Translations under genes and position numbers: made by a program | In this document: positions 30,201-43,200 of the stretch, piece by piece | Position numbering within the stretch: the stretch's first letter is position 1 | How the letters are laid out: the number at the start of each line of letters is the position of its first letter | Assembly (NCBI RefSeq): GCF_032062105.1 | Contig: NW_026930674.1 | Location: 310,001-374,000, forward strand | DNA: 64,000 nt | Origin: Saccostrea cucullata | Taxonomy: Eukaryota | Direction of reading: 5' to 3' | The notes under the pieces: generated by a model | Seen by the model: only the letters and a program-made list of their open reading frames with translations | Databases searched by the model: none | What the model was told of the DNA's origin: nothing

Positions 30201-33200
30201 ATGGAAAACAGTAAAATGGGAAAGGATTTAACATCCTAAACCACAGTGTGCTGGATTATTCAGGAGTCGGATTAGACAGTTTTCACTGTAAATATTTATT
30301 AAATTAAAATGCTTCCACTGGGAACCTCCTTATTTTGTAAAAGGGCCACTTGTGAAAATCCCTGAAATAACTGGCTTCCAACATAATCATAAGAACTTTT
30401 CTAGGAAGTGTTAAAAGGATTAACATAATTGGTATAGCTTAACACTGGCCCTAAAGCATCTCATGCCAAATGTCTGATGATATACGGCTGTGCACACAGA
30501 ATTATTAGTTATAAATACGGTAAAATGGCATCACCTCCATTATCTGACAAGGAATTAGCAGTCAATTTATACAAAGAATCTCCAGCAAATAAAAACACCA
30601 GGACATCTCGGCTACCTGAGGCAGGAGACAAAAATTTATTCTATTCTTATCAAGTTTTCTTAAGTCAACAGTTTTCAGTGTCAGTTCATTCACAATGGGT
30701 TTCCATTTCCTTCCCTAAACAAAGTGTATTTACTTAACAGATACTGTGTTAAAGGGATCAACAAAGATCAAATATGTAATAGCTTTTCCTTTTCTCACAG
30801 TCACATGTGCTTTTAACTACACCCCAAATAAATAAGGTGGTTTAATTTTTTCTTTTCATAAATTCTTTTTTTCCCTGGTGTACTAAATATTCAGTTTAAG
30901 AAATCTTGGTCAAAAAAATACTTTACTGTACTTTTTTTCATTTGTTAAAACTTAAATACTACTTGTTCTAACAGTAAACATTTTGAAAAATTTCTAGTCA
31001 TAATCTGTGCTGTGCATAGTTAAAGCCAAAAAACAATTTTCTGAATTATTTATGAAATTAATTTCCTCTGTATTACTATAGCGTCAAACGTGTAATTCTT
31101 TAGTATTATTTACTGTGACAACAGCTGTTATCATGGATTTGTTACTTCCAGCTACTGAAATTGATTCATAATTCTCACCATCACACAGTCAAATGTTACA
31201 ATAACTATTTAAACACTACTTTTCTGTTAATCTATATATTATAGAATATCAAAACGACCCTTGAAAAACTTTTCTGGCAAATAAAAATAAAATAAATCTT
31301 AGATAGCAATTACAGTAAAACACACTTACAGGAAAGTTTACTTTGTTATAAGTGTAATTCATTATATCTGTTAAGCCTTCAATATATTTTAAAGTCATTC
31401 AAGGGGAATGAAAAAACTTTACTGTAAGCATAAGGTCATTATAAGCATGTTCATTTTAAGTGAGTTTTACTGTATTATAAAGTATTAAAAGTTTTCTTTG
31501 GTATATCATATGCTATTCATTTTTCTTTGTTTTGTTTTTTATTGTTGGTTGGTTGGTGTGTCTATTCGGGGAGGGGGGAATTAATAAAGTATAACTGTGA
31601 TTCAAATTTTGTTTTTTAAAGTTTTCAATCAGGGTGATATGAACAGAAAATGCATGTTATTATGTGCAGCAGTAAGTTCATCACCAGATTTACCAGCTAT
31701 AGTTAGAACAAGAAGTCTGCAAGACACCGGGTCCCTTATTCTGGGTAATCTATAAGTCAAACAATATTCAACAGACAAAGCTCATATAAAATCCCTTCTT
31801 GATCTCAATACAAAAATTCATATCATCATGCTGAATAAATACAGTGAAATGACTTCATTTCACAAGACAGAATCCTTGAGGGAAAAAATAAAAGAATTGA
31901 CTTGAGTCATTTTATAAAATATTACATCAACATTGAGGATTCATGTAAGTTTAGAGTATATAAATATTAATTTTCCTTGTTCAGCATACTCAATATTGAT
32001 ATTCAATTTTAAACTTATAAATTTTTTTTAAATCCATCGATAAAATCTACGAAAAAATTTTTTTGAAAAAAATTTTTAAATCAAAATGACTGCTAATTGA
32101 CGGAATTTCAATAGTTTCTAAAACAGACTTAACCATCAAGACTACAAAAAAAAAAAATTATGTACTAACTAAATTAGCATTAAATGATAAAATAAGAATT
32201 TAATAATTAGCAATTTTTGGTATGAAAAAAAATATTTAGGTGCATGGTTGTGATAGGGAATATAACATTAACAATACAAGTTCAATGCTCACTTAGAGAT
32301 TTTAATTCAAAATATACAAATGACTGTTTTATTTGCCTTAACAATTTAAAACTAAACTTTACAATCACTAGGAAATAGTATGCATTGTGAACTTTGATGC
32401 TTATAAAAATTTGAAGTAAACTTACCAATGACTAGATAGACCATTCCAACGATGATAATAATGACTAATGCTAGGACTTTGGTTACAGTGAATACATCTT
32501 GCACTCTGGCTGCCATTTTTACATTCCAGGCATTTATAAATGTTAAAAGTGCTGAAAAACACAAAAAATATGATATCCTACATTTTAAACAATATACTGC
32601 ATACAAATTATAACTGACTTGTTCATGTGTTGTTATGGAAAAAATACTTATGCATTTTTCTATTTTATTTTTAATCTGTTGGTATAAATTAATCTATTGT
32701 AAAAATTAATTATTTTAAATTTTTAAAATTCTATTTATGTAATTGATTTTTCTTCAGTTTTGGGAGGATGGCTATATACTGGTGTTATTGCATCATCCAA
32801 ACCCGCGTGTTTTTAAACATTGCATCATCAAATCCAGCATGGTATTTACTTACTTATACAGACAGCTGCTAATAGACTGACTGCTTCCCCAGGTGCCTCA
32901 CAGTCAGGGAACAAAGGTTCTAGTACATAATACGCAAAAGTTTGTGCTGTGATGGCATTTCCCGTGGGAATGATAATCATGATAGCGACCCACAGATACA
33001 AGAAAGCAGGAAAGTGTCCAAAAGATTCCATAATGTAGGCATAGTCTGCGCCCGATTTTAGAATCATTGTCCCTAACTCGGCATAACACATGGCCCCTAT
33101 AAGTGAGATGACCCCACACAGCACCCACACGATGAGGGACATCCCCACACTCCCCGACTCCAGGAGTACTCCTTTGGGGGAAATAAAAATCCCGCTCCCA

Positions 33201-33331
33201 ACAATAACCCCCACAATAATCGCGACACCATTGTGTAAGTGAAGTTCTTTCTTCAGTTTAACTGCACTGTCTTCTTCTATTTCCACTTCTTTGTCGTCTG
33301 GGTGGACTTTTACGGTGCCGTTTCCTGACAT
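21210..33331 (-). CDS. SLC7 L-type/y+L-type amino acid transporter light chain (HAT family), 488 aa, 10 coding exons
   Basis: Exons 32854-33331, 32426-32551, 27972-28071, 27753-27797, 27433-27556, 25012-25115, 23717-23813, 21906-22055, 21512-21689, 21210-21274 (1467 nt, in frame). Motifs: [28 protein letters not shown] (heavy-chain disulfide Cys), [33 protein letters not shown]. Vertebrate orthologue not resolved. Confidence 0.96.
22027..22238. repeat. Tandem repeat, 4 units of 52-58 bp, spanning the intron 7 acceptor and exon 8 start of SLC7(-)
   Basis: CTACATAACATCACCAGGGACATAAGGCACTRAAG... starts at 22027, 22079, 22131 and 22189. Confidence 0.95.
23190..23766. repeat. 67-bp minisatellite (about 8.5 units) spanning the exon 7 end and intron 7 donor of SLC7(-)
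   Basis: Unit ACTTACCCCAAACAAGAGGRATGGAAGTGGTGTGAACAAGTTGATATTGAGARTGGAGGGTTATCAA at 23199, 23266, 23333, 23400, 23467, (partial), 23579 (donor destroyed), 23644, 23711. Confidence 0.97.
28808..30182. mobile_element. PIF/Harbinger-like non-autonomous element (middle layer)
   Basis: TTA|GGCCATACCAATT...AATTGGTATGGCC|TTA: 13-bp perfect TIR and TTA TSD. Confidence 0.85.
29056..29808. mobile_element. hAT-like (CAG...CTG) non-autonomous element with 5-bp TSD (inner layer)
   Basis: TGTAC|CAGGGGTGTGCAATTA...TAATTGCACAACACTG|TGTAC. Confidence 0.75.
32787..32827 (-). promoter_or_regulatory. Pair of CARE/AARE-like motifs (TGATGCAAT) at the start of SLC7(-) intron 1
   Basis: ATTGCATCA at 32787-32795 and 32819-32827, matching the C/EBP-ATF composite consensus TGATGXAAX. 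Confidence 0.55.
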
Positions 33332-33928
33332 GGTTTATGTTGCTGCACTCCCACTCCGCGTACACGTGGACCTGAACACTGATGGAGTTAAAACTGACAA
33401 TGAGTAGAAATCACAAAACGGGTCCAATAGAAAGCTTATATCTTGTCTCAAACTCAGCTAAAAATCTTGTTTATGTTGTTTAGATTAAAACAATTTACAG
33501 ATCAACACCACTTCCATTCATATCGCGGGAATGTTGTCAAATACTACGAAGGCAGCATGCTTCCGGTTTTTGTACGTAAATAGTCACGTGCTTTATCATC
33601 TCGCTGTCATTGGATGGCTCGTATTTGCATCTCGTGAATATTGGCGGTAAAGTTTCACAACACTTTCGCAGAATATTCTTAATATTCATTTTTATTACGT
33701 GTTACTGGTACGTTTACATTCTAGGTAAATCAGAAAAAATTCTTTTGTACCATTTCATATTTTCTTATCATCACTAAATTAATAACTTTATCATTATTTT
33801 TTTTTAAATAAATATCATAAAACATGTCTGATACATTTCCAACCCGGATCTTATTCGTTGTAGTTACCTGTACAGACAAGTACTAGTATTTGATATTTGT
33901 TTCCTTTGCTGAATATAGCAACCTAAAA

Positions 33929-34252
33929 ACAGACACGTAGCAATAGGGGGGGCACTTATTTTCAAAAACTTTTTAGTTTTGAAAATGTTCAACAATGAAA
34001 AACCGCTGCCCCTTCCCTCTATTCGTAAAATTGAGGGTCAATAAAGGGTTATATACTATATTTGGAAGAAAATTTGGTACTGAAAAAGATTGAATCCTAA
34101 CCCCCTCCCGAAATAGGATTTTCAAGTTTTAGTAATTCCTTTTTATTATTTTTTTTTTTTTTGCTTGTCAAGTTTTTTCCCCCAGGTACACTGCAAGTTG
34201 AATTCTTTTTCGCTCCCCCCCCCCCATCTTTCAAAAACGATGCTTCGTCACT
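33929..34252. mobile_element. Degenerate short TIR element (CAG...CTG, G/C runs)
   Basis: CAGACACGTAGCA...TGCTTCGTCACTG. A similar end, ACGCTACGTCACTG, occurs at about 50114-50127. Confidence 0.45.
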
Positions 34253-36946
34253 GTATAATACCTTTTTGGCACAGGCATCTAATGTAACGTATTTTTCTTT
34301 TAATAGAAAATATATCCCTAACTAATAATTCATGTGTAATATGAGGTAGGGGATATATTTTTTATTAAGATAAAATAAGTAACTTCGGGTCCTCTGCTTT
34401 TGTTTTTATATTATTAATTTTCTAGAACAGCAATTTTAAAAAGTGAAAGTCGATGCACCGTGATGCCAATGTTTCTAAAGATATAATCACTGCATTGAAA
34501 AGGTAATTCAATAATTATAAATATATCGTTGAGATAATTCTGTATCAATGTGTATTACAGGTATTTTGATTTTTAAAAAAAATTTTTAACATGCATTGTA
34601 AAAAGGGCTGTTAAATCATACAAAAACAGATGAAGCGCACAAGAGTTATATTTCTTATACTTATTAAATCTGAAGTTTGGAGACAAGCACAAATATAAGG
34701 ATATAGAAAAATGATCAAAATCTCTCGTTTAAGCGCAACCTTTTGTGTGTGTGTTTTTTTTTTCTTGATTAGACCCCCTCCCCACATAAAAGTATGTTAA
34801 TATGGAATTTATTCCTGCATTTCATCTGTTCTTCTTTTATAATTTAGATATTCAGTATGAATACTTATCTTAATGAACCAAGGTAATGTTTATTAACAAT
34901 ATTTAGAATAGCTTTACTAATAGTATTTTTGACGTAGCAAAAGACTTGTAATTAATCAAATTAAGCACTGTAAATGCACTCTATAGCCCCTTTAGATCCG
35001 CCCAAACAACGTTCCCACCCACAAATCGACCGTCTCGGTTGCGCTATCTTTTCTGTAATTTTGGCTCACCAGAAAAGGCACAGAACAAGGGGGCGGATAT
35101 CTTTATAATCAAAGACGACAATTACCTCGGTGATCAAAGAAAAGTTGTAAAAAGTGTTTTCCTTTTGGAAAAAGAGCAAATGAACCGCAGTCTCTATGGC
35201 CACCATGTTTTTGTTGGGAAATGATGCAACGACATGTGTCAAGTACGTGAAAATGTCAGTGATTAACACGACTTTTAACAGGAAAAGATTAAGAATAGAA
35301 CGCTTTGACAATACACGATTTTAAATATATGCCTCCATGACAATTAACAGTCGGCCACGTGTTTGAGTGGCCCTACGGTGCTATCTGGTTATCGTATCCC
35401 CGATGGATTCGGGGTTTGGGGCATTAAAACAGCGGGGGTAGGGTATTGGGGGTGCATGAATTTTAGTGTCAGGTTCGTAAAAATACATATATCTGAAACA
35501 GTTACTGCAATCCTTCGTAACTGGGTATAGTGGTCTTGCCAATTTAAATGCCAGCTGTGTTATTTCACTTAACACTTGACACTACTGTGTTGTTCTTTCG
35601 TTATGTTTTGACTGTTGTGTATACAGAATGAATTATTTTACAAGATGCATCATTTATATTTAAAAATTACATTTGCGGTTAAGAAAAAATAAAATATCTT
35701 ATCTAATTATAGATTCAAGTAGACAGTATATGTTTATACTCTGATTTGTCTAAATAATACCGGTATATATACATAATTTACAATTAATTTTATAAAATCG
35801 AAATTAATTTAAAAATAACATTAAATTGAACATTCATTTGAATTTTTTTAGTAATAATTTTGTATAAATAATCTACTGAGGATATATGCTCATTAATTGA
35901 CAAAGAAGGTCATTTGATTCTGGAAAACTAGAATGAGGATGATAACTTTGCCACATAATGGATGCACGTGCGTTATTTGCCACTTACATAACTTTTACAT
36001 GTACTGAATGACACAGGCATCTCATAATCAGTGACCCCCACCAACCCTGGCTTCTTGAAATTTTTGACACAAATTTAAAAAAAAAATTATAACAAAATTT
36101 ACAAATGTTCTGTCAAACCTATATCTCGATATCTGATATATTTCCTGATTTTGTTAAGTTTTAGAGATCGGCCCTTTACGTTATATATATAAATAATTAG
36201 ATGAGTTTCTGGAAGTTCATGCTAATATTCAATTCCATCACTTCAGTGATACATTAAAAACGGAGATTTCAGACTATGCCATTAATCGAGCCTAAAGGAA
36301 GCAAATAATTTCAGTTTGAAGGAGGGGCACAAATAAAAAAAAATTAAATTTGTTATGTTTGCTATATTGAGGTGCACCCCCTACCACGTGGATACACTGT
36401 AGTTACTACAAGTAAATCGATCTGTCTATTAATCTATACATGTATCTGAAAAAGCAAAAGATTTTATGTTAATTGTTTCTTTTTACAATTATTATTTAAA
36501 AAAATCAATGACAGAATATTAAGTAGTTTTATTTTTTTTTAATTTTGCAGAAATTGATTAAAATAAAATGTTGATTTAGTTGTTTTAGTCAATGTTATAG
36601 TTGGAGGAATTGACTGATGAAATTACTAGTAAATAAATAGAGCTAGCCCAACCCAGCTCTTGACTCGTATGGAAGAGGAAGACAAGAAGAAGAAATAAAT
36701 AGGGGCCTACATGATGGACGAAAAATATTTTTTTTTAAATCTGCAAAATCAGAGCCCAAATGAATTTAATATACGACGGAAAGAATTAAATCTGCCGGGG
36801 CAAAATTATTTCAAAATACTTTTTTAAATAAATAAGTGACATTTAGAGATATGCAAGAATTAGATTGGTTGCTAATGTGTAATAATGGTTTCCTGATTTT
36901 TTATATTTTTTATGTATTTCCAACAAAGGCTTAATTCTCACAAAAA

Positions 36947-36972
36947 TGATGCAACACTTTAGGTGATGCAAT
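36947..36972 (+). promoter_or_regulatory. Pair of CARE/AARE-like motifs upstream of the SLC7(+) ATG exon
   Basis: TGATGCAAC 36947-36955 and TGATGCAAT 36964-36972. A further TGATGCAAC lies at 35222-35230 in a CpG/GC-box-rich candidate promoter. Confidence 0.55.
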
Positions 36973-37260
36973 CTGTAGTAGTTTTTTACCAGTTTTTAGG
37001 GGTGTCCAGCACTGCCATCATTTATTTCAAATTAATCTTTTTGAATTTGACGACATGTTTGGCTAATTTTAATTTATTCATTTACTTTTTGATATAAATG
37101 TTTAAAGAATTTATTATTTGTAGTAAATTGTTTAGATTACTACAAGTTTTATTTTAGAACACCCCTTTTCAAAATAGTGGTTCCGTCCTTATTATTTACA
37201 TCCGGTGGCAAGGAAGGCTGGTTCTGTTCAGAAGCGTGATCGCCTCGGTTGTGAGGAGAG

Positions 37261-40200
37261 ATGGCGAAAGGGGATAGCGTATCAATAGAGAGGGATTCTG
37301 ACGATGGAGTACAACTCAAGAGGAGAATCACCCTCTTCAATGGTGTCGCTATTATTGTTGGTTCAATCGTGGGGTCGGGAATTTTCGTAACTCCAAAAGG
37401 TGTTTTGGAAAGCGCAGGGTCGGTAAGTTTCTGTTGAGTTTCACTTTGCGCATCGTCAGCACGTGTGCAAATATTTATGGCATGTTTTGTTATAAGAGTA
37501 GGCTTAGCTTTGAGAGTGACGAAAAGAAACTTCACAAGATAGTTTTCTTCTTTTTTAATCTTATTGAGATCTGTCGATTCACATGATTGAATCATTGAAT
37601 TATATCCATGTGTGTGTAGTTGATGTGCGTTTCCGCCCTATATACAAAGCATATTTCATAATGGGGACCATATGGCTTCAGAAAAATCCTATAGGATCTG
37701 ATTGGTTTTGGAAATATTTAATTGATGTCATTCATATGTGCTTATTAATGTCATCAGATACATAAATAAATCATCATTTCTCAGGTGTCAGATTTGTTTG
37801 CCTATAATTGTAATTCAAATATCAGATTACCTTGTACACAAATTTATATTTATAAACATTGCAGTGCAGTTTTCATGTGACTTGCACAAACTAATAACAT
37901 GCCTATATCTTGCCCTTGAAAGTGTATAATAAAGCATGAGGGTTTTGTCAGGTAACCCCATTTTACAGACTACTTGAATCAATGATCGAGGCCTCTTATA
38001 AATATCAGCACCTACGGGCAGTTTTGTTTGTTTACTTCTTCAACAGTTCAAAAGGGTGTTGTGTCAGGCATTCATGGTAAACAAAAAGCAGCTTTTAACA
38101 AAGAAAGTCACTCACAGGGATAAATTCCTTTTATCTTATTAAGATGCCAAAATTTAAGATAAGCTGCTTTCTAATCTTGTGTTTCCTGTACCTAGCTTCA
38201 CCCAGGAATAATATGAGCCTAAGGCCTAAGGGACAAGGCAATGTCTTGCCAGCGAACTTCTGTAATAATAAGTAGGGGCTACATGATTTCACACATTATT
38301 TTACCTGTCAACTGCAGCTGGGACTGACCACCCAGGCATATAGAGAGTTCACAGATGAATAAATCTAAGCTTATCAAGTGTTTCTTGGTAAACCCATCGC
38401 TATCAATTTTAGTGTCATCCCTAAATATCATTTTCTGGTCAATTTGTAAAGAAAACCTATCATTTAGGACCATATTTCACCAAAATATTTTAATGAAAGA
38501 CTTAATTGTGAAAACCCCATTAATTTTGATTGGTGATTACGATTCTTTATTGAATCCGCCAATCCCCAATTTCTGTTTTGGGCAGACTGAAAGGCACTTG
38601 TTGTCTCTCGGTCCTGTTGAATAAATTCATTAGATTTCTTATTGATTTGCTTTTATCTTTTGCATCGTTCCAATCAAATATTTATTGATTTTGTCTTTGT
38701 AGGTAATGTAAATGTTTATAACAGCCTATCATAATGTTCACCACAGCTAGTGAATATAAATTGTTTTCAGTATTCCAAGAGACCTTTGATAAATCCTGGT
38801 TAATTGGTAAAATTGTGATTCTATGTAGTGGTATGTAGTACACTGTATTGTATTTACCAACAAGGATTATAGATTAGCAAGGATTATAAAAAGGTGTGGA
38901 TTAATTTGTAGAAATGTAAATGCCAACATTGAGGTGAAAAATTTTAATGGCTTGCCCTAGTATTCAGTCTGTTTTCGAACTATGTGACGTACCTAGTGTA
39001 AGCATATTTATTTATAACCTTAAAAAATAGATGTGCCCTCGTTATAAATATGTTTTAATTTGTTCACTTTATGACACAATGTATTGTATAGTGTCTAAAA
39101 ACAAAAACTTTGAGTAGTGGTATAACAAAAAAGTGAATTTAATTCAAACGTTTAAAAACAAGGTTACTTTACATGTAATGATGTTACAGCCCAACCCTGG
39201 GGATATTAATCCTGCAGTTTACTTCATTTGTATTCCGTATTTATTTCTCAGACAAAAATACACAAAAGTACAAAAGTTCATCATTGCATATCATGCATAT
39301 AGGACATTCTCGGCATGACAAGGTATATATTTTTTTTTATTAATTGGTTTTGTCACCTTATCCAGGTGAAGGACTGCAATGTAATATATTCAAAGTTCCA
39401 GACCTGGCATCTTGTAACCGCTGAGAGTTTACGCTGCTTCAATTAATCACAGCTGGATAGCTTGGTCCACCTTCTTTATTCGGGGGCCAATGTCCACATA
39501 GTGTAATATGTTCTGTCCCCAATTCATTGTACATGCCATTGATTTTGGCTTTAGATCTATGTCGTTTGCATGTTTACAGAGACTAATGTAAATTCAAAGG
39601 GCTTGTACAGTGTAATGTTAGAGACAAACAAGATGTTCCAGAACTGAATGCTAAATGAAGTGTTGGGAAAATAGTTTGTATACAGGAATCAATGAATAAG
39701 GAGAAATCGTATGCTTTAAAATGATGGCACTTCTGAATGTCATTGAATTGAAGATTGTGTTTGGGTCAAATGTTCATAGTGAAATTGAGATCTCTATCAA
39801 AATGATTCTTTTACTCATGAACTTTCTCTGGTAGATGAATGTTTCCTCATTTTTCAAATGAATATAAATATTTTCATCCATTTGTTTCAAGGGATAGACG
39901 GACTTTAGATTCTTCCAGAATTATTTAGGTTTTGACCGTATACCTATGCATGTTAATTATTCTATTAAAGAAAATATTTTTTCATGTCCAAGCCACATGG
40001 ATTTTAGGTCAGATCTTGATAGTCTATGAACACGTCATGTCTGCAAACTTAAAAGCATTAATGTTTTAAATCATTAGCTGCATGGATTCATGACAACTAA
40101 TGCATTTACCGCATGATGTTGTTACATCAAAGAAATCCATGTTTTCACAAAGGATAGCTTGTATAGGATGCTTAGTCTTAAAAAAAGACATGTTAGTAGT

Positions 40201-43200
40201 AGAACATATAGAGACCATGTTTTTGATGCATGACAGTTAATTATTTTAAATAAGAAGACTGTATGAGCATCAATGTCATATTAATGCCAAATAAAATATG
40301 AATTATTGGTAACAGCATTATTTCTTCAAAGAAAAAATGTTCATTATGATAATTGAAGGGGAATAGGAAAATGATATTCAGCTGATTATTTGTAAATTTA
40401 TATGTATCATTACTTCACTTTATTAATACTAATTGACTGCTTGAATTTTAATTGGCATCAAATTTAGAGAGTCTATCTTGTGACCACACAGGATTAGTAT
40501 CTTATTTTTTCTCTCCTAAATTTCAAGGTCACATGACTGTTCAATTCAAATTGACTATTTGAGCAGAATAAATAAATCTGCATGCAACCACACATGTAGA
40601 ACCTGAGCAAATTAATCAATCTAATTATTACCCATTTTTGAATGCACTATAAGTGGCTTGTATTTTACACTAATCTACATTTGTAGTTCAAGGACAAATT
40701 TCAATACTGTTGTCATCGTAGTTTTGGTTAGAGATTGACTTCTGTTTATTGAGGATATAATTTGCCCCTATTGGTACAAATGTAACAATTTGATTGGTTA
40801 CAGGCTTTAGGTTTACCTTCTGAGTACCACATTCATCCTAATAATAAGCATTTGGGGTTCATATAACAGAAGACAGGGGTCTTATAATTAAAACAGTCAT
40901 GGTACCAAACAGTATATGATATCCATGTTACCTACAAATGCATTGATATTATGGGTGTGTTTCATATTTTACCTCTGTCAAACTTGTTACAATGTATTTG
41001 ATAAAATGTGCTCAACTTTCTTTAGCATTTATTTTATTATGGCCAGGTTCCTTTGAGTAGACAGTTCATTTTTTTTACTATTCAGAATAGAGCTTAATGT
41101 ATTGGACTTTTTTAAAAACAAATATTCTTCTAGTATATAGTGTGATAACTTGATGTGTTTCTTTTTATTTATGACATACACTTATGCCCTATTCACACGG
41201 AGAGTTTAATTCGAATTAAACGTAAAGTTACTGTGAATTAGCTTTGCTTAGCATTCACACAGAGAATTTAATGTGAATTAGTTTAATTTGAAATAGTTTA
41301 CTGCGCATTAAATTACTTCACATTAGCTCCGTGTGAACACTAAGCGAAGCTAATTCGAATTAAATTCTGATGCATGCTTAATGGCAAAATTTAGTCAAAT
41401 TCCACTTGTGGGTGGTCAGCTATAGGTTCTTGTGCTATTTTTGAGTGAAAAACTAAGGAAAATTTTGTCAATCATTAAAATGTGTAAACAGACACTTTGC
41501 CATTATGTCAAATGGATCTGCTTCTGCATAAGGTGACATGCTTTGCAAATGACGTCATAATAGCCATGCTGACGCTGGGCTGCAGAAGTAAAATTTTAAT
41601 TCGCATTAGTTTACTTCGCATTAGGTGTCGTTTGAACGCAATTTAATTCGCATTAGTTTGATTCGCACTAGTTTACTTTGCATTAATTTACTGTGAATTA
41701 AACTCTCCGTGTGAACAGGGCATTAATTTTTTACCCCAAGACAGGGGACCTTACAATTCAAACAATCATGGAACTACTATTTTCCCTAAAACTTTGTTAT
41801 TAAAAAGGATGCTAAATTTCTTTTAGCATTTATTGTAGTTAATATATGTCTAGTACATCCTCTGAGTAGAGGATCATGTAGGATAGGAAGATTGTTTTTA
41901 AACAACCAATTGAGAATTATATATGTTTCTTTACAAAATCTCCCTCAGTACAATGTTTGTCTTTACTAACAATCTATATTTTTTCCCATTATAGGTAGGC
42001 TTGTCTTTGGTGGTATGGACAGGGTGTGGCTTCCTGTCGTTAGTGGGAGCGGTGTGTTACGCTGAATTGGGGACCACCATCACACGATCAGGTGGTGACT
42101 ATATCTACATCCTCGAGGCCTTTGGTCCATGTATGGCCTTCCTGCAGCTGTGGGTGAGAATTTCAGAATTTTATGCCTCCTGACCAAATCAAATTGGATA
42201 TTGACCTAACGACGAAAAGCCATTTCAAATCTTCTGATAATATTCAAATTTTGTAATTATCTTCTGCAACTTAATGATCATAATATTTTGAAATCATAAT
42301 TGTTTTTGACATTTAAGCATTAAGCAATGTATACTTTCTGAATTTTATTGAATTTGGTTCAAAAAAGAAAATTGCATTTATAATTATGAAAGGGAAGATA
42401 AGTTTACATTTTGAATATGTGTTTCTAAAATATGCATAGTTTATGAACATTTTGTTGATTTATGGAATATGGAAATGAAGTCTGAAGACAGTACATATAA
42501 TAAAATAATTTATGTTCTTGCAGGGTAACTTGATTATAATCCGTCCCACTGCTCAAGCTGTTGTCGCTCTTACATTTGCTAACTACGTCCTTCAACCCAT
42601 TTTCCCTTACTGCGAGTCGCCAGTCATAGCAAAGAAGCTGTTTGCTGCACTGTGCATCAGTAAGATCTCTTACATCAGTACAATCATATATCTGTGTATA
42701 ATATATGACACAGACTGAAGGCTGAATACACTTTTCTTTGATGTATAACTGAAACTTGTATAGTAAGGATCTTCAACACCAAGAAATTTTTGCACTGTGT
42801 GCATAAAACATTATCAGGATGTTCACATTATATACAAATAGAGCATTGTTTGAGTTTGTCTGACTTAGCTTACAAAACCATTCATCTGAACATCTGCTTT
42901 GCATTATTTGTTCTTATTAGTCATTACATATCTGTACATATTCAAATAAAGTTGTAAAAAAAAATTTGAATTATTGACTTTTTTGCACTTAGGTATCTTG
43001 ACCTTTGTGAACTTGATCAGTGTGAGAGCAGCAACAAGAATTCAAGATCTCTTCACCATCGCTAAAATCCTGGCTCTCATTATCATTACCATCACTGGCT
43101 TCGTTCTGATTGGACAAGGTAATTATAACCGCTTAATGACTTCAGTTGAAAGCAAACTTCTGAAGTTAAATAGAGGAAATTTCATTTTGAAATTCTAACA

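Larger units (their letters stand above)
28736..30288. mobile_element. Tc1/mariner-type MITE (outer layer of a nested stack)
   Basis: TA|CAGTGAAACCTGTCTTATCCGAC...GTCGGATTAGACAGTTTTCACTG|TA. Confidence 0.85.

Noticed and set aside
37149-37595. 148-aa minus-strand ORF
   Set aside because: Antisense shadow of SLC7(+) coding exon 1.
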